Below are positions 26,689-36,371 of a DNA stretch of 42,248 nt, piece after piece. How positions within the stretch are numbered: the stretch's first letter is position 1; the number at the start of each line of letters is the position of its first letter. Source of the DNA: Hyphomicrobiaceae bacterium (GTDB lineage Bacteria; Pseudomonadota; Alphaproteobacteria; Rhizobiales; Hyphomicrobiaceae); contig JAYUAJ010000437.1 of NCBI GenBank assembly GCA_043741375.1, forward strand, positions 1-42,248, in the 5' to 3' direction. The notes under the pieces are model-generated. The model searched no databases. It was not told the DNA's origin and was given only the letters and a program-made list of their open reading frames with translations. The translations under genes and the position numbers were made by a program.

Positions 26689-28128
26689 ATGTACGATAAA
26701 GAAAAAACGCTCTTCGAGGCTTATGCCAAAGGCGGCGTGAGCCGGCGCGAGCTGCTGGACCATTCGGCCAAGCTCGGCATTTCGACGGCGGTCGCCGGTT
26801 CGCTGCTGGGTGCAGCGGCCACCGACGCCATCGCCGCCGATTTCGATTGGGCCAAATACAAGGGCACAGCATTGAAGCTGCTGCTCAACAAGCATCCCTA
26901 TGCCGATGCCATGATCGCCGACCTTGACAACTTCAAGAAGATGACCGGCATCGATGTCACCTACGACGTGTTCCCCGAAGACGTCTATTTCGACAAGGTG
27001 ACAGCGGCGCTGTCGTCCAAGTCGGACCAGTATGACGCCTTCATGACCGGCGCCTATATGACGTGGACGTATGGACCGGCGGGCTGGGTTGAAGACCTGA
27101 ACCAGTACATCAAGGATCCGGCCAAGACCAACCCCAAGTACAATTGGGAAGACGTGTTGCCGGGCCTGCGCGCCTAGACGTCGTGGAACGGCGTACCGGG
27201 CGGTGAACTCGGGTCCGCAGACGCCAAGCAATGGTGCATTCCGTGGGGCTATGAGCTGAACTCGGTCACCTACAACGCGAAAATGTACGAAAAGGCCGGC
27301 GTGCAGTTGCCCAAGAACCTTCCCGAATTGGTCGAAGCGTCGGCCAAGTTGCAGAAGAACCTCGGTGGCCCCTACGGCGTCGGCGTTCGTGGGTCCAGGT
27401 CTTGGGCCTCGATCCATCCGGGCTTCCTGTCTGGCTACGCCAACTACGGCCAGAAGGACTTTACGATTGCCGACGGCAAGCTGAAGGCCGCCATGGCGAC
27501 CAAGGAGTCGAAGGCCTACCACGCCATGTGGGTGAAGATGATCCAGGATTCGGGCCCGAAGAATTGGTCCACCTACACCTGGTATCAGGTCGGCACCGAT
27601 CTCGGCGCCGGTGCCTCCGCCACCATCTTCGATGCCGACATTCTCGGCTACTTCATGAATGGCGGCGACAACAAGGAAAAGGGCAACCTCGGCTTCCACG
27701 CCTTCGCCGCCAACCCTGAGGCCAAGGCCCCGACGCCGAACGTCTGGATCTGGTCGCTGGCCATGTCGTCGTTCTCCAAGAAGAAGGACGCCGCCTGGTA
27801 CTTCATGCAATGGGCGACCAGCATGGAGCACGACCTGTTCGGCGCCCAGAAGATGGACTTCGTCAATCCGGTCCGCGCCTCGGTGTGGAAGGACGAAATG
27901 TTCCGTGGGCGTATCGACAAGTCGTACAAGGGCTATCTCGCCCAGCACGACGCATCGGCGCCGGGCGCCAAGATCTACTTCACGGCCCAGCCGCTGTTCT
28001 TCGATTTGACCACGGATTGGTCGGCCACCTTGCAGAAGATGGTCGCCAAGGAAATCCCGGTGGACGAGGGCTTGGACGCCTTTGCCGCCGCAACCGACGC
28101 CAAGCTGAAGGAAGCCGGGCTCGGCTAA
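26689..28128 (+). pseudogene. ABC transporter extracellular solute-binding protein (family 1) interrupted by a single in-frame TAG at 27175-27177
   Basis: Track ORFs 26689..27177 and 27283..28128 are in the same frame. The 105 nt between them also read as SBP sequence (..NWEDVLPGLRA*TSWNGVPGGELGSADAKQWCIPWGYELNSVTYNAKMYEKAGV..). Tat-type signal GVSRRELLDHSAKLGISTAVAGSLLGAAATDAIAA. AGGAAGG SD upstream. Confidence 0.75.
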
Positions 28129-28192
28129 GCTCTAAAGTCGTGGGACCGCGGCGGCACTGCTCCCTGTGCCCGGCGCGGCTTCCATGATCAAG

Positions 28193-28226
28193 CGGGCGTG
28201 TACGGCCCTCCTTCCGTGCACGCCCG
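28193..28226 (+). promoter_or_regulatory. intercistronic stem-loop between SBP and permease genes
   Basis: CGGGCGTGTACGG-ccctcctt-CCGTGCACGCCCG (13-bp stem, 1 mismatch), in the 123-nt SBP-permease gap. Confidence 0.45.
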
Positions 28227-28251
28227 GTCGTCATCTGTTGTCCGGTGCTCT

Positions 28252-29181
28252 GTGACCGTTTCTAACACCATCGCAACGCCGGCTACGGCAACTCAGCGCG
28301 CGACGCGTTTCCGGCTATTGCCGTATCTGCTCAGCTTGCCCGCTTTGCTGATCTGCATCGGCATTCTCATCCCCTTTTTCACCGCCGCCTATTACTCGAT
28401 GCTGCGCTGGCGCCTGAATTTGCCGGCCATGAAGGGCTTCATCTGGTTCGACAACTACATCGCTTTCGCCAAGGACCCGGCGTTCTGGAATACGGTTTAT
28501 ATCTCGCTGCTCTACACGGTGCTGACCGTGGTCATCGAACTGCTGCTGGGGCTCGGCATCGCCCTGCTGCTGCGACAATCGACGCGCCTTAACAACTTCA
28601 TCTCCATCATGCTGCTCTTGCCGCTGATGACGGCGCCGGCGCTCGCGGCGCTGATGTGGAAGCTGATGACCAATCCGAATTTCGGCATCCTCAGCTACTT
28701 CGTCAGCCTGATGGGCGTGCAGGACTTCAAATGGGGCTCGGATCCCAAGACGGCGCTCTTCACCGTAGTGCTGGTGGATATCTGGGTGTATACGCCCTTC
28801 ATCATGATCCTGCTGCTGGCCGGCTTGCGCTCGCTGCCCAAGCAGCCGTTCGAGGCCGCCGCACTCGATGGAGTGCCCTGGAGTTTTGTCTTTTTCCGCA
28901 TCACGCTGCCGATGCTTTTGCCCTACATCATCACCGCCGTGCTGTTCCGCCTGCTCGACAGCATCCAGCAGTTCGACATCATCTACGCCATGACCCAAGG
29001 CGGCCCGGGCGACAGCCTCGTGGTGTTCCAGGTCCAGGCCTACCTGATGTTTTTCCAAAATACCAATGTCGGCAAGTCGGCAGCGATGCTGATGGTGTTG
29101 TGGCTGATCACAAATATTCTCTCTAACTTCTTCATCAAGCACTGGCTGCGCCTGCGCGAACGCGCGCACGGGCATGCGTGA
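28252..29181 (+). CDS. carbohydrate ABC transporter permease (MalF/UgpA-like)
   Basis: Six hydrophobic segments and an EAA-type loop (EAAALDGVPWSFVFFRITLPML). GTG 28252 preferred over the track start at 28198. Confidence 0.8.
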   Translation: MTVSNTIATPATATQRATRFRLLPYLLSLPALLICIGILIPFFTAAYYSMLRWRLNLPAMKGFIWFDNYIAFAKDPAFWNTVYISLLYTVLTVVIELLLGLGIALLLRQSTRLNNFISIMLLLPLMTAPALAALMWKLMTNPNFGILSYFVSLMGVQDFKWGSDPKTALFTVVLVDIWVYTPFIMILLLAGLRSLPKQPFEAAALDGVPWSFVFFRITLPMLLPYIITAVLFRLLDSIQQFDIIYAMTQGGPGDSLVVFQVQAYLMFFQNTNVGKSAAMLMVLWLITNILSNFFIKHWLRLRERAHGHA

Positions 29182-29191
29182 GGCGCGCGCC

Positions 29192-30049
29192 ATGGACCAC
29201 ACCCCACCACTCGAAAAAATTCTGCGCGGCGTCGCCCTGACGGCGATCGTGGTCTTTTTCATGTTCCCGATTTTCTGGATCTTTCTCATGTCGCTGCAGA
29301 CCAATGAGACGATCCTGCGCATTCCGCCGAGTTTTGTCTTCGAGCCGACGCTCAGCAACTATCGGGCCTTGATCAGCGGCAAACTCTCCTCGACGGCAGG
29401 CAATCTCGACATCGCCTTCATGCATAACCTCTGGAACAGCGTGCTGCTCTCGACATTGTCCGTATTACTCGCGCTGCTGCTTGGCGTGCCAGCCGCCTAT
29501 GCCTTTGCGCGCTTCAAGTTCAAGCTCGGCGAGTTCATCGCCATGACGCTGCTCTCCTTCCGGTTTGCGCCGCCGCTGCTGGTGTTGCTGCCACTCTCGC
29601 TGCTGTATCAATCGCTCGGCCTCGCCGACACCTACTTGGGCCTGGTCTGGGTCTACCAGCTGATCGCGCTGCCGCTGATCATCTGGATCGTGCGCGGATA
29701 TTTCGAGGACATTTCCCCCGATATCGAGCACGCCTACCGCATCGCCGGGCACAGCTGGCTGCAAACCTTCCTCAAGATCGCGGTCCCGCTCGCCCGGCCC
29801 GGCATCGCGGCGGCGGGGTTGTTGGCCTTCATCTTTTGCTGGAACAATTTCATTTTCGCGCTGATCCTGGCGTCGGCCGACAAGCAGCCCGTGACGGTTG
29901 GCGCGCTCGCCTTCGTCACCGCCTCGGGCATCCAATACGGCCAGATCGCCGCCGCCATTGTGCTCAGCGTGACGCCGACGTTGTTGCTCGCGCTCTATGC
30001 GCAGCGCTATCTGGTCGAGGGGCTCTCCATGGGCGCCGTGAAGGGATAG
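29192..30049 (+). CDS. carbohydrate ABC transporter permease (MalG/UgpE-like)
   Basis: FPIFWIFLMSL.., EAA-type loop IEHAYRIAGHSWLQTFLKIAVPLARPG. ATG 29192 has GAGG upstream. The alternative ATG 29174 overlaps the preceding stop. Confidence 0.8.
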   Translation: MDHTPPLEKILRGVALTAIVVFFMFPIFWIFLMSLQTNETILRIPPSFVFEPTLSNYRALISGKLSSTAGNLDIAFMHNLWNSVLLSTLSVLLALLLGVPAAYAFARFKFKLGEFIAMTLLSFRFAPPLLVLLPLSLLYQSLGLADTYLGLVWVYQLIALPLIIWIVRGYFEDISPDIEHAYRIAGHSWLQTFLKIAVPLARPGIAAAGLLAFIFCWNNFIFALILASADKQPVTVGALAFVTASGIQYGQIAAAIVLSVTPTLLLALYAQRYLVEGLSMGAVKG

Positions 30050-30052
30050 GGC

Positions 30053-31135
30053 ATGGCGCTGCAACTCGACAAGCTCAGCAAGGCCTACATGGGCAAGCCC
30101 GTGATCGACGGCGTGTCGCTGGACGCTCCCACCGGCGATATTGTCGCCGTGTTCGGCCCGTCCGGCGGCGGCAAGACAGTCCTTCTACGCCTCATCGCCG
30201 GCATCGAGGAGCCGGATACGGGCGCGATCCGCATCGACGGCGTGGACATGACCGAGGCCAGCCCCGACGCGCGCGGCATTGGCATGGCGTTCCAGAACTA
30301 CGCGCTGTTCCCGCATATGTCGGCTTACGACAATGTCGCCAGCGCCCTGACGCCGCGCAAACTAGACGAGGGCGAAATCCGCTCCCGCGTCAATCAAATC
30401 GTGCGTCTGCTGAAGATCGATCACGTGATGGGCCACAAACCCCGCGAGCTATCCAATGGGCAGAAGCAGCGCACGGCGCTCGCCCGCGCGCTGGTCGGCG
30501 CGCCCAAGATTCTTCTGCTGGACGATCCGCTTCGCAATGTCGACGCCAAACTGCGCTATGAAATGCGTCTGGAACTGCCGGTGCTCTTGCGCAAGTTCGG
30601 CTCGACGGTGCTTTACGTGACGCAAGATTACAAAGAGGCGATGGCGATTGGTAATCGCATTGCCGTCCTGATCGGCGGCAAGATCGTACAGGTCGCCCAG
30701 CCGGCAGAGATTTACGATCGCCCCGGCAGCGTCGACGTGGCTCGACTGTTCGGCGATCCGGGCATCAACCTGTTCGACGTCACGCCGGATGCGGATGGCC
30801 GCATCTCCATCGCAAACAGCCCGTTGCCCCTCGGCCCAGGGTTTGGCGCATCGGCCAACAAACCTTGCGTGCTCGGTATCCGTCCCGATGCGCTCACGAT
30901 CACAGCGGCAGCCAACGGCGCGACGTTCCCAGTCGACGTACTGGCCGAGACGCCGCTCAACGACAAATCCGTGCTGCTTGTGAAGACCGCCGAGGGCAAG
31001 GAGATTCTGGCCGCTTTGCCGGCCTCGGCCGCAGAGTCTGTCCCCATCGGTCCCGCCCATGCCGGCTTCGCGCCCGAGGCCGCGCTACTGTTCGACCGCG
31101 CCAGCGGCCTCGCCGTTCCGCGCGGAGCGCGCTGA
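30053..31135 (+). CDS. ABC transporter ATP-binding protein (MalK/UgpC-like) with degenerate catalytic motifs
   Basis: Walker A GPSGGGKT is present, but the signature is LSNGQKQR, Walker B is ILLLDDP (Asp where the catalytic Glu is expected), and the H-loop position reads YVTQDYKEAM (Gln instead of His). Confidence 0.85.
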   Translation: MALQLDKLSKAYMGKPVIDGVSLDAPTGDIVAVFGPSGGGKTVLLRLIAGIEEPDTGAIRIDGVDMTEASPDARGIGMAFQNYALFPHMSAYDNVASALTPRKLDEGEIRSRVNQIVRLLKIDHVMGHKPRELSNGQKQRTALARALVGAPKILLLDDPLRNVDAKLRYEMRLELPVLLRKFGSTVLYVTQDYKEAMAIGNRIAVLIGGKIVQVAQPAEIYDRPGSVDVARLFGDPGINLFDVTPDADGRISIANSPLPLGPGFGASANKPCVLGIRPDALTITAAANGATFPVDVLAETPLNDKSVLLVKTAEGKEILAALPASAAESVPIGPAHAGFAPEAALLFDRASGLAVPRGAR

Positions 31136-32277
31136 TGAGCACCCTCATGGCCCGCACGGACGTGCTCGTCATCGACAAGCTGAACAAGCTTTATGGCCGT
31201 CCCGACAAGCCGACCGTACACGCCGTAAAAGATCTCTCGATGACCGTGCGCAAGGGCGAGATCATCGCGTTGCTCGGATCGTCCGGCTGTGGAAAGACCT
31301 CCACGCTGCGCATGATCGCGGGACTGGAGTCCGTGTCCAGCGGGTCCATCATGCTAGCCGGGAAACACATCGAGACGCTGCCGCCGTCTCAGCGCGGCGT
31401 CGCCATGGCCTTCGAGGGCTACTCGCTTTACCCGCCGCTGACGGTGCGGGACAACATTGGCTTTGCGCTGAAAGCCCAAAAGCTGAGCGCCGACGACTCC
31501 GCCAAACGCGTCGCCGACGCAGCCAAGCTGGTTGATATCGAATCCGTCCTGGACCGCTACCCCTCCTCCATCTCCGGCGGCCAGCAGCAGCGCGCCAGCC
31601 TTGCCCGTGCCCTGGTGCGCGAGGCCAACCTCTACCTGCTCGACGAGCCCATGGGTCAACTTGAGCCGCAGCTGCGCGCGGTGCTGCGTGGGCGGATCAA
31701 GAGCCGCCTCAACGACAACGCCATGACCGCGATCTTTGTCACCCACGACCAGACCGAGGCCAACGCGCTGGCTGACCGCATCGCCGTGATGGAAGGTGGG
31801 GTGCTGCAGCAGTTCGCCAGTCAGAAGGACTTGAAGGACAAGCCCGCCAACCTGTTCGTCGCCACATTCATCGGCGAGCCGCCGATGAATGTGTTCGATG
31901 CGGGCGTGGTGCGCGCGGGCGACCGGCTCACCCTGGCGCTGGCCAATGGCCCGAGCATAGACTTTACCGTTGGAGAATTGTCGCCTGCGGTCTTGAACGC
32001 GCTCGGTTCGCGCGACAAAGTCACGCTTGGCATCCGCCCACAGAGCGTCTCGGTGGCGCGCGGCGCGTTCAAGGCTAAGGTCACCAGCAACCAATGGCTG
32101 GGCGACCAAAGCCACGTGGCAGCCGAGTTCGCCGGCAAGACGGTGGTCGCCGTCACGCCGTCACGCGTCGCCGCCCGCCCCGGCGACGACATCCCCTTGA
32201 GTTTTGCAGCCTCCGACATGCACCTGTTCGACAGCGCCAGCGGCCTGGCCATCGCCCACGGGCGGGAGGCAGCATGA
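31135..32277 (+). CDS. ABC transporter ATP-binding protein (MalK/UgpC-like), canonical motifs
   Basis: MSTLMARTDV.. Walker A GSSGCGKTS, signature ISGGQQQR, Walker B LYLLDEP, H-loop FVTHDQTEA. Its ATG shares 1 nt with the preceding TGA (TGATG). The track start at 30865 is an out-of-gene extension. Confidence 0.85.
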   Translation: MSTLMARTDVLVIDKLNKLYGRPDKPTVHAVKDLSMTVRKGEIIALLGSSGCGKTSTLRMIAGLESVSSGSIMLAGKHIETLPPSQRGVAMAFEGYSLYPPLTVRDNIGFALKAQKLSADDSAKRVADAAKLVDIESVLDRYPSSISGGQQQRASLARALVREANLYLLDEPMGQLEPQLRAVLRGRIKSRLNDNAMTAIFVTHDQTEANALADRIAVMEGGVLQQFASQKDLKDKPANLFVATFIGEPPMNVFDAGVVRAGDRLTLALANGPSIDFTVGELSPAVLNALGSRDKVTLGIRPQSVSVARGAFKAKVTSNQWLGDQSHVAAEFAGKTVVAVTPSRVAARPGDDIPLSFAASDMHLFDSASGLAIAHGREAA

Positions 32278-33836
32278 CGCGCAATGTAATCATCGGGATC
32301 GATGCAGGTACGTCGGTGTTGAAAGCCGTGGCGTTCACGCTTACCGGCGAACAGCTCGATACGTTCGCAATCCCGAACAGCTACCAGACGTTGCCTAATG
32401 GTGGCGTCGAGCAAGACATGAACCGGACCTGGGCGGACTGCGCCGCTTGTCTGCGCGGTCTTGCCGAGAAGACACCCAACTTGGCCAGCCGAACCGCGAT
32501 CGTCTCGGTAACCGGGCAGGGCGACGGCACTTGGATGATCGACAAGGACGGCGATCCCGTCGCGCCCGGCTGGCTGTGGCTGGATGCGCGCAGTGCCGAG
32601 TGGGTCGAGGCGTACCGCGCCTCGCCTGCCGGCCGGCGCCACTTTGAACTCACCGGCTGCGGCCTCAACGCGTGCTCGCAAGGCCCACATCTTGCCTGGA
32701 TGAAGACGCATACGCCCGAAGTGCTGGCGCGCGCGGAAACCAGTTTTCACTGCAAGGACTGGCTCTATTTCAAACTCACCGGCGTGCGTGCCACCGATCC
32801 ATCAGAGGCGCTGTTCACCTTCGGCGATTATCGCAAGCGGGGCTATAGCGAAGAAGCCATCGAAGCGCTCGGCCTTGGCGCGCATCGCTCGTTGATCTCA
32901 CCAATCGTCGATGCGACGACGGAGCAACACACCCTCTCAGCCAGCGCCGCCACGCAGACTGGCCTGCTCGCCGGCACGCCCGTTGCCTTAGGTTTCGTCG
33001 ATGTGGTGTGCACCGCGCTCGGTGGCGGCCTTTACGATCCGCCCGGCCATGGCGGCTGCACCATCATCGGTTCCACCGGCATGCACGTGCGCTTTGCCGG
33101 TGGCGCGGAAAGCGTGACACTCAACGCGCAATCAACCGGCTACACCATGGCCTTCCCGGTTCCCGGCCAATATGCCCAGATGCAGAGCAACATGGCGTCT
33201 ACGCTCAATATCGACTGGTTGCTGGAAGTTGCACGTGGTGTCTTGGCGCAGCAAGGTCTTGCCAAGGATCGCAAGGACCTTCTGGCTGGGCTCGACGATC
33301 AAGTCGCACGCGCCAAACCCGCCGATATTCTGTATCACCCCTACATATCGGAGGCCGGTGAGCGCGGCCCCATCGTGGATCCGTCAGCCCGCGCCAGCTT
33401 CATCGGCCTCAGCACACGGCACAGCTACGCCGACATGATGCGGAGCGTGTTCGAGGGCTTGGCTTTTGCCTCGCGCGATTGCTACGCGGCGATGGGAGGC
33501 AGCCCGTCGGAGGTCCGGCTTTCCGGCGGCGCGGCGCGAAGCAAAATTCTGCGATCCATCTTCGCTTCGGCGCTGGGCGCAAACGTGCGTACCTCCTCGC
33601 GCGGCGAAACGGGCGCCGCCGGAGCGGCCATGATCGCGGCCGTGGGCGCCGGGCACTACAAAAGCATGGCCGACTGCGTCGCCGAGTGGGTTACGCCTTA
33701 TCTTGGGCCACTGGAAGCGCCCGACGTAGAACTCGCCAGCATCTACGACGCAACATTCCCCACCTACGTTGCATCGCGCGAAGCGCTAGCCCCGGTCTGG
33801 CGGCAACTGGCGCGGCGGAAGGCGGTGGCGTCGTGA
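32274..33836 (+). CDS. FGGY-family carbohydrate/polyol kinase (520 aa; EryA/LyxK-like size class)
   Basis: MTRNVIIGIDAGTSVLKAVAF.., VTGQGDGTW, GSTGMH.. ATGA overlap with the preceding gene. It lacks the GlpK-type DQGTTSSR N-terminus. Confidence 0.8.
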   Translation: MTRNVIIGIDAGTSVLKAVAFTLTGEQLDTFAIPNSYQTLPNGGVEQDMNRTWADCAACLRGLAEKTPNLASRTAIVSVTGQGDGTWMIDKDGDPVAPGWLWLDARSAEWVEAYRASPAGRRHFELTGCGLNACSQGPHLAWMKTHTPEVLARAETSFHCKDWLYFKLTGVRATDPSEALFTFGDYRKRGYSEEAIEALGLGAHRSLISPIVDATTEQHTLSASAATQTGLLAGTPVALGFVDVVCTALGGGLYDPPGHGGCTIIGSTGMHVRFAGGAESVTLNAQSTGYTMAFPVPGQYAQMQSNMASTLNIDWLLEVARGVLAQQGLAKDRKDLLAGLDDQVARAKPADILYHPYISEAGERGPIVDPSARASFIGLSTRHSYADMMRSVFEGLAFASRDCYAAMGGSPSEVRLSGGAARSKILRSIFASALGANVRTSSRGETGAAGAAMIAAVGAGHYKSMADCVAEWVTPYLGPLEAPDVELASIYDATFPTYVASREALAPVWRQLARRKAVAS

Positions 33837-34873
33837 GCAAGCACATCGCCATCATCGGCGACCGCTTCATGCTGCCGTCGGTTTTTGTCGAGAAGATCGT
33901 TGCGGCTTGCGGGCCTTCCCACAGCATCCGGACGCTCGAAGAGCCGTGGCCGGATGAGCCGATGGAGCACGGTTACGCGAAAAAGGGCTTGGACGGACTG
34001 AAGGAGTATTTCGGCAAGCCGGAGGAGGTTGTCGAGTTCATCGGCGATGCGGAGATTTTCGTTACACAACTCGCCCCGCTGTCGGCCGCCATGTTCGCTC
34101 AGCTGCCCAGATTGAAGCTGGTTGCAGTGTCGCGCGGCGGTCCCGTCAACATCGACATGAAGGCCGCGCGCGAGCATGGCGTGCGCGTCGTGAACACACC
34201 GGCGCGCAACGCCAGCGCGGTCGCCGAGTTCACCGTTGGCGCCATTCTGGCCGAGACGCGCCTCATTCGCGCAGGCCATGACTCGATGAAGCAGGGGGAC
34301 TGGCGCGGCGATCTTTACCGCGCCGATCTGACCGGCCGCGAGCTGTCGGAAATGACCGTTGGCATCATCGGCTACGGCAACATCGGCACGCGGCTGGTCA
34401 AGCTGCTGAAGGCGTTCGGCTGCAAGATCCTGGTTTGCGATCCCTACGTTCAACTGTCCGCCCAGGATCGCGCCGATGGCGTCACCCATGTCGATCTCGA
34501 TACGGCGCTGTCGCAATCCGATATCGTCACCATGCACGCCCGCGTCACCGCCGAGACCACGGGCATGATCGACGCCAAGGCTTTCGCCCGCATGAAAAAG
34601 GGCGCGACCTTCGTCAACACCGCACGCGGGCCGTTGGTGGATTACGACGCGCTCTATGACGCTCTGGTGTCAGGTCACCTGAAGGGCGCCATGCTGGAAA
34701 CCTTCGCCATCGAGCCGCCGCCGTCCGATTGGCCGCTGCTGCAGCTGCCGAATGTAACGCTCACGCCGCATATTGCCGGAGCGTCGGTCCGTACTGTGAC
34801 GTTCGCGGCTGAGATGGCGGCCGAGGAAGTGCGCCGCTACATCGCTGGTGAACCACCACGCCATCCGTGCTGA
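33833..34873 (+). CDS. D-isomer-specific 2-hydroxyacid dehydrogenase family protein
   Basis: GIIGYGNIGTRLVKLL (GxGxxG), NTARGPLVD, TPHIAGAS (catalytic His). The GTG start overlaps the kinase stop (GTGA). Confidence 0.8.
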   Translation: MSKHIAIIGDRFMLPSVFVEKIVAACGPSHSIRTLEEPWPDEPMEHGYAKKGLDGLKEYFGKPEEVVEFIGDAEIFVTQLAPLSAAMFAQLPRLKLVAVSRGGPVNIDMKAAREHGVRVVNTPARNASAVAEFTVGAILAETRLIRAGHDSMKQGDWRGDLYRADLTGRELSEMTVGIIGYGNIGTRLVKLLKAFGCKILVCDPYVQLSAQDRADGVTHVDLDTALSQSDIVTMHARVTAETTGMIDAKAFARMKKGATFVNTARGPLVDYDALYDALVSGHLKGAMLETFAIEPPPSDWPLLQLPNVTLTPHIAGASVRTVTFAAEMAAEEVRRYIAGEPPRHPC

Positions 34874-34874
34874 C

Positions 34875-36371
34875 ATGCTGGAACCGGACACCTATGACAT
34901 TGCGATCATCGGTGGCGGCATCAACGGCGCTGGCATCGCCCGCGATGCGGCGGGGCGCGGGCTGAAGGTCCTGTTGTGCGAGAAGGGCGATCTGGCAGAA
35001 GGCACGAGTTCGCGCTCCGGAAAGCTTGTCCATGGCGGCTTGCGCTATCTGGAGTACTACGAATTTCGATTGGTGCGCGAGGCGCTGATCGAACGCGAAG
35101 TGCTGCTCAAGGCCGCGCCGCACATCATCTGGCCGATGCGCTTCGTGCTGCCGCATTCGCCCGAGCAGCGGCCGGCCTGGCTGGTCCGGCTCGGGCTGGC
35201 TATTTACGACAACCTGGGCGGGCGTCAACGACTGCCCGGCACGCGCCGGCTCGACCTGCACAAGGCCCCCGAAGGCGCCCCCATCCGGCCGGAGTTCCGG
35301 ACCGCCTTCGAGTACTCCGATTGCTGGGTAGATGACGCGCGCCTGGTCGTCCTGAACGCGCTCGATGCCTGCGCCAAGGGGGCAACCATCCTGACCCGGA
35401 CGGCCGCTACAAGCGCGCGGCGCGACGGCGATGGCTGGCTGCTGTGCCTGCAGGGCGCCGGCCGCGAGACCATGACGGCGCGTGCGCGCGTGTTAGTCAA
35501 TGCGGCCGGGCCCTGGGTCGAGGACGTGCTGGGCCGCGTCGCGGGCGTAAACGCCTCGCGCACCGTGCGACTGGTCAAGGGCAGCCATATCATCGTGAAC
35601 AAATTCTGGGACGGGCCCCAGGCCTATCTCTTCCAGCATACGGACAAACGGGTGATTTTCGTAAACCCCTACGAGACCGACAAGTGCCTGATCGGCACCA
35701 CGGACATTGCCTATCAGGGCCGGCCCGAAGCCGTCGCGGTCAGCGAAGATGAAATCGCCTATCTGCTCAGCGTCGTGAACCGCTATCTGCGCCAATCCTT
35801 GTCGCGCGACGATGTGTTGGCAAGCTTTTCGGGCATCCGGCCGCTGCTCGACGACAAGTCCGGCAACCCATCTGCCGTCACGCGCGACTACACCTTCGAG
35901 GTCGAGGACGTTGGCGGCAAGGCGCCGCTGCTGTCGATCTTTGGCGGCAAGATCACGACCTATCGAAAACTGGCCGAACACGCGCTTGAGAGGCTGCGGC
36001 CATACCTCGCCAGGCCCAGTGGAGCCTGGACGGCGGGCGCCCCCATGCCGGGCGGCGACATGGAAGACGCCGATTTCGAGCGCTTTGCCGCTCAATTCGG
36101 CACGCGCCATCCCTGGCTGCCACCGGCGCTGGCCCTGCACTATGCCCGGCTTTACGGCACGCGGGCCGAGCGCGTCGTTGATGGCGCGCGCAAAGTCGCG
36201 GACCTCGGCAAGGCCTTCGGAGGACGGCTGTATCAGCGCGAGGCGGAGTTCTTGATCGCCGAGGAATGGGCCGCTACCGATGAGGATATCCTGACGCGGC
36301 GCACCAAGCACTACCTGCACCTGACGCCGCAACAGACACGCGATTTCCAGAGCTGGATGGCGGCACGATGA
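34875..36371 (+). CDS. FAD-dependent glycerol-3-phosphate dehydrogenase family protein (GlpD/EryB-like)
   Basis: YDIAIIGGGINGAGIARDAAGRGLKVLLCEKGDLAEGTSSRSGKLVHGGLRYLEYYEFRLVREALIEREVLL is nearly colinear with the E. coli GlpD N-terminus as I remember it. ATG 34875 lies 1 nt after the preceding stop. Confidence 0.85.
   Translation: MLEPDTYDIAIIGGGINGAGIARDAAGRGLKVLLCEKGDLAEGTSSRSGKLVHGGLRYLEYYEFRLVREALIEREVLLKAAPHIIWPMRFVLPHSPEQRPAWLVRLGLAIYDNLGGRQRLPGTRRLDLHKAPEGAPIRPEFRTAFEYSDCWVDDARLVVLNALDACAKGATILTRTAATSARRDGDGWLLCLQGAGRETMTARARVLVNAAGPWVEDVLGRVAGVNASRTVRLVKGSHIIVNKFWDGPQAYLFQHTDKRVIFVNPYETDKCLIGTTDIAYQGRPEAVAVSEDEIAYLLSVVNRYLRQSLSRDDVLASFSGIRPLLDDKSGNPSAVTRDYTFEVEDVGGKAPLLSIFGGKITTYRKLAEHALERLRPYLARPSGAWTAGAPMPGGDMEDADFERFAAQFGTRHPWLPPALALHYARLYGTRAERVVDGARKVADLGKAFGGRLYQREAEFLIAEEWAATDEDILTRRTKHYLHLTPQQTRDFQSWMAAR

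Noticed and set aside
27175-27177. In-frame TAG as pyrrolysine or programmed readthrough
   Set aside because: There are no pyl genes or a PYLIS-like context, and pyrrolysine is not expected in this lineage. A nonsense mutation or sequencing error is the simpler explanation. Suppression cannot be excluded from sequence alone.
26605-27948. 447-aa minus-strand ORF
   Set aside because: Antisense to the solute-binding protein gene. The translation is low-complexity (G/R/V/H-rich). The plus-strand reading has a clear Tat signal and SBP character.
30865-31134. Long N-terminal extensions of track ORFs (30865 for ATPase 2, 32094 for kinase 1, 33479 for the 2-hydroxyacid DH, 38589 for the HAD, 34848 for the GlpD-like gene, 4384 for the GATase, 19381 for the membrane protein)
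   Set aside because: The extensions overlap the 3' ends of the preceding well-supported genes in another frame and translate to Arg/Pro-rich junk. Proper ATG/GTG starts sit at the ATGA/GTGA junctions.
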